From Neodothiora populina (lineage: Eukaryota), in contig NW_027191417.1 in NCBI RefSeq assembly GCF_041146345.1, forward strand, positions 992,001-1,056,000: a stretch of DNA of 64,000 bases, read 5' to 3'. Positions 61,439 through 64,000 of the stretch are shown here, one piece after another (positions within the stretch are counted from its first letter, which is position 1; each line of letters begins with the position of its first letter). The notes beneath the pieces were generated by a model that searched no databases, had not been told where the DNA came from, and saw only the letters and a program-made list of their open reading frames with translations. The position numbers and the translations under genes were made by a program.

Positions 61439-64000
61439 ATGCGCGGCCTGTGGCTGCTGCCTTTGGCGGCTCTCTCAGGAGTGCAAGCCGTATGGTACCA
61501 GGATCGCTATGAGGACTGGAATCTGAACATGAACCCGAACGCGGCGTCTCCTTTAGAATACTATACTACCTACGAGAACCACACATATCATCCCAGTCCT
61601 GAAAATTGGCGCATGCCATTTTACAGCTTTTTTATGGATCGTTTTGTGAATGGCGATCCTACTAATGATAACATGTAAGTGAATGGCAAAAGAAGTCGAG
61701 TTGGAGCGTCTCTAACCATTGACACAGTAACGGTACGCAGTGGGAGCATGATATTATGGGCACCCAATTGCGTCACGGAGGAGATGTGGCCGGCCTGGTA
61801 GATTCTCTGGATTACCTACATGGCCTTGGTATCAGAGGAATATATTTGGCCGGAAGTATCCTCTACAATCTGCCTTGGGCATCGGACTCATACAGTCCAT
61901 TGGTGAGTACAGAGTAATTTCTGCAAGTAGACGTCTGGCCGTTCTCTAACTCGAATTAGGACCATACTCTTATTGACCAGCATTTCGGCACAATCCAGCA
62001 ATGGCGCGCGGCTATCCAGGAAATCCATGATCGCGGTATGTATGTCATATTGGACAACACAATGGCTACTATGGGTGATCTCATCGTCTTTGATAACTAC
62101 CTGAACGGAAGTACTCCATTCTGGTTCAATGAACACAAAGCTGGATGGAAATCTGCCGAGCGATACTATGACTGGAGCTTTGGTAACGAGTATCACGAAG
62201 AATGTCCGTGGGAGTATCCTAAGTTCTGGGACCAGGGCGGACATCTTATCCAGGACAACAACACCGCAGCTATGGTCGGATGCATGGACAGCGAGTTCAA
62301 TCAATATGGTGATGTCGGTGCTTTCGGAACTTATCCAGAATGGGAGAAGCAACTCAGCAAGTTCAACGGTGTACAAGATCGACTTCGAGATTGGGTCCCC
62401 TCGGTGCAAGAAAAGATGCAAAAGTTCTCTTGTATGATTATCCAAGCTCTGGACATTGATGGATTTCGAATCGACAAGGCCATGCAGGTTACCGTTGAGG
62501 GTCAGGCTAACTTCTCGCACGCGATGAGGGAATGCGCGAGCGACCTTGGCAAGCACAATTTCTTCATTCCCGGAGAAATTGTGAACGGCAATGCGAACGG
62601 AGCAGTCTATCTCGGCAGAGGCAAAGAGCCCTCCATGAGAGTCGACAACATCACAGAAGCAGCCACTACGAATTCGACATATCTGAGAGACGATGCTCAC
62701 CATGCGCTTGACGCAGCTGCATTCCACTACTCCACTTATCGCGGCCTGATGAGATACCTGGGCCTTGACGGTGATCTCCTGGCCGCCAACGATGCGCCTG
62801 TCAACTTTCAGCAAGCTTGGGAAGTGATGATGCAAACCAACGACCTATTCAATGCCAACAACGGAAAGTACGATCCCCGTCACATGCACGGAGTCAGTAA
62901 CCAGGATGTTGTAAGATGGCCTGGATTGATCAACGGCACAGAGAGACAAGTACTCGGCGCCTTTGTCACAACCTTATTGATGCCCGGTATTTCGCTCATG
63001 TCGTGGGGTGAGGAGCAGGCCTTCTACGTCCTCGACAACACCGCAGCCAACTATGTCTACGGACGTCAAGCTATGAGCTCCGCCCAAGCGTGGCAGATGC
63101 ATGGCTGTTACTATGTCGGCGACGAAAATTTGAGCACATTCCCTGCCAACAGCTCCTTGGTTGGCTGTAAGGACGATTCGGTGTCTCTCGACCACAGGGA
63201 TCCTACCCACCCCGTCTACAACATCTACAAAATGACCTTCGAGATGAGAAGACGTTTTCCTGTCCTCAACGATGGCTTTTTGTTGCGTCAACTTTCGGAC
63301 CAGACCTTCAACTACACTCTTGCCGGATCTTTTGGAGCCGAGACCGAGACTGGTATTTGGAGTGTTCTGCGTGGCGAGTTCGAAGGAGCCCAGGATCTTT
63401 CTACTGCCGGTGGAGCTGGTAATCACCCTGTCTGGCTGGTGCACAGCAATTACAATGGCTCGATCGTTTATGAGTTCGACTGTTCGGACAACGAGTCTGC
63501 CATCATCTCCCCATTCGATAGTGGTACAACCGTCAAAAACTTGTTCTACCCATTTGATGAGTGGATCTTGGAAGACTCCCCTCAGAAACTAGGTCTCAAT
63601 GGGTCTGACAAGTACAATGGTTGTGTGCCAAGGATGGACATGACCGGTTATGGCTTCAAGGCCTTTGTCCCCACTGAGCTCTGGCAGCACCCCTCCCCAG
63701 TAATCACCAAACTCATCTTGAATGACACATTCGTCGGGCATGACCAGAGAATCGTCTCTGTTGACAGGACTGGCCTCAACCAGTCAATGACTATGGAGCT
63801 GCGTTTCTCCTCGGAGATGGACTGCGACTCCGTACGCAGATCGGTCACTATTTCTTCTACTACAGAGCAGAACACCACCGCAATTATCGACACCGATAGT
63901 ACAGACTGCTTGACCGTTGATCCGGACGATATGCCTCTTCTCAACGGAGGTGTCCCAAGTATCTGGAGATGGAAGACGAGCATCACCAACATCGCAGACG
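61439..64000 (+). CDS. AGS1: Alpha-1,3-glucan synthase (Ags/Mok family), N-terminal extracellular GH13 domain; truncated by window end
   Basis: Signal peptide MRGLWLLPLAALSGVQA, then YHPSPENWRMPFYSFFMDRFVNGDPTNDN. After introns 61675-61727 and 61903-61959: LRHGGDVAGLVDSLDYLHGLG, LDNTMATMGDL, FNGVQDRLRDW, LDIDGFRIDKA, GVSNQDVVRWP, WGEEQAFY. The frame stays open to 64000. The GT5 synthase domains lie outside the window, so the full architecture is unverified. Confidence 0.88.

Noticed and set aside
484..63992. Numerous antisense or alternate-frame ORFs over real genes (e.g. 5753-6397, 15829-16407, 46804-47460, 61888-62835)
   Set aside because: They are shadow ORFs of codon-biased genes with no recognisable motifs.
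1..64000. tRNA, 5S rRNA, snRNA, telomeric repeats, CRISPR arrays, transposase or retroelement ORFs, TGA-CTA readthrough contexts
   Set aside because: None was recognised by eye. The stop-codon contexts I checked do not match readthrough motifs. A covariance-model scan would be needed to exclude small RNAs.

Overview
Eukaryotic DNA from a filamentous ascomycete (Pezizomycotina). Short GT-AG introns with CTRAC-type branch sites are seen directly; an Eurotiomycete/black-yeast (Chaetothyriales-like) origin is only my impression. I can support 16 protein-coding genes: phospholipase C (PLC1), a Rossmann-fold protein ending in -SRI, a HECT E3 ligase (HUL5/UBE3C type), an FLVCR-like MFS transporter, a secreted DUF1996+WSC protein, ERG27, MAF1, the AP-1 sigma subunit (APS1), the glutamate-cysteine ligase modifier subunit, a C2H2 zinc-finger factor with an unusual Trp-rich N-terminal module, a polyQ low-complexity protein, HOP1, a divergent YTH-domain protein, CDC4, a CM1 (centrosomin motif 1) protein, and the 5' part of an alpha-1,3-glucan synthase-type gene that runs off the window. 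The ORF track fragments the two most interesting genes. Manual splicing gives an intact 10-exon meiotic HOP1 (HORMA+PHD; one GC-AG intron next to a 23-nt micro-exon), head-to-head with a gene whose YTH domain is split over four exons and appears to keep the aromatic cage. This is a candidate meiotic RNA-regulation module, but the functional link is inference only. Other leads are frame-switching alternative splice acceptors in the C2H2 gene and CDC4, a recurrent intergenic TACCTTAC motif, a perfect G-quadruplex tract, and an ~8.4 kb gene-free region upstream of the glucan synthase. I recognised no tRNA, rRNA, CRISPR array or transposon. All exon models were read by eye and need RNA-seq confirmation.
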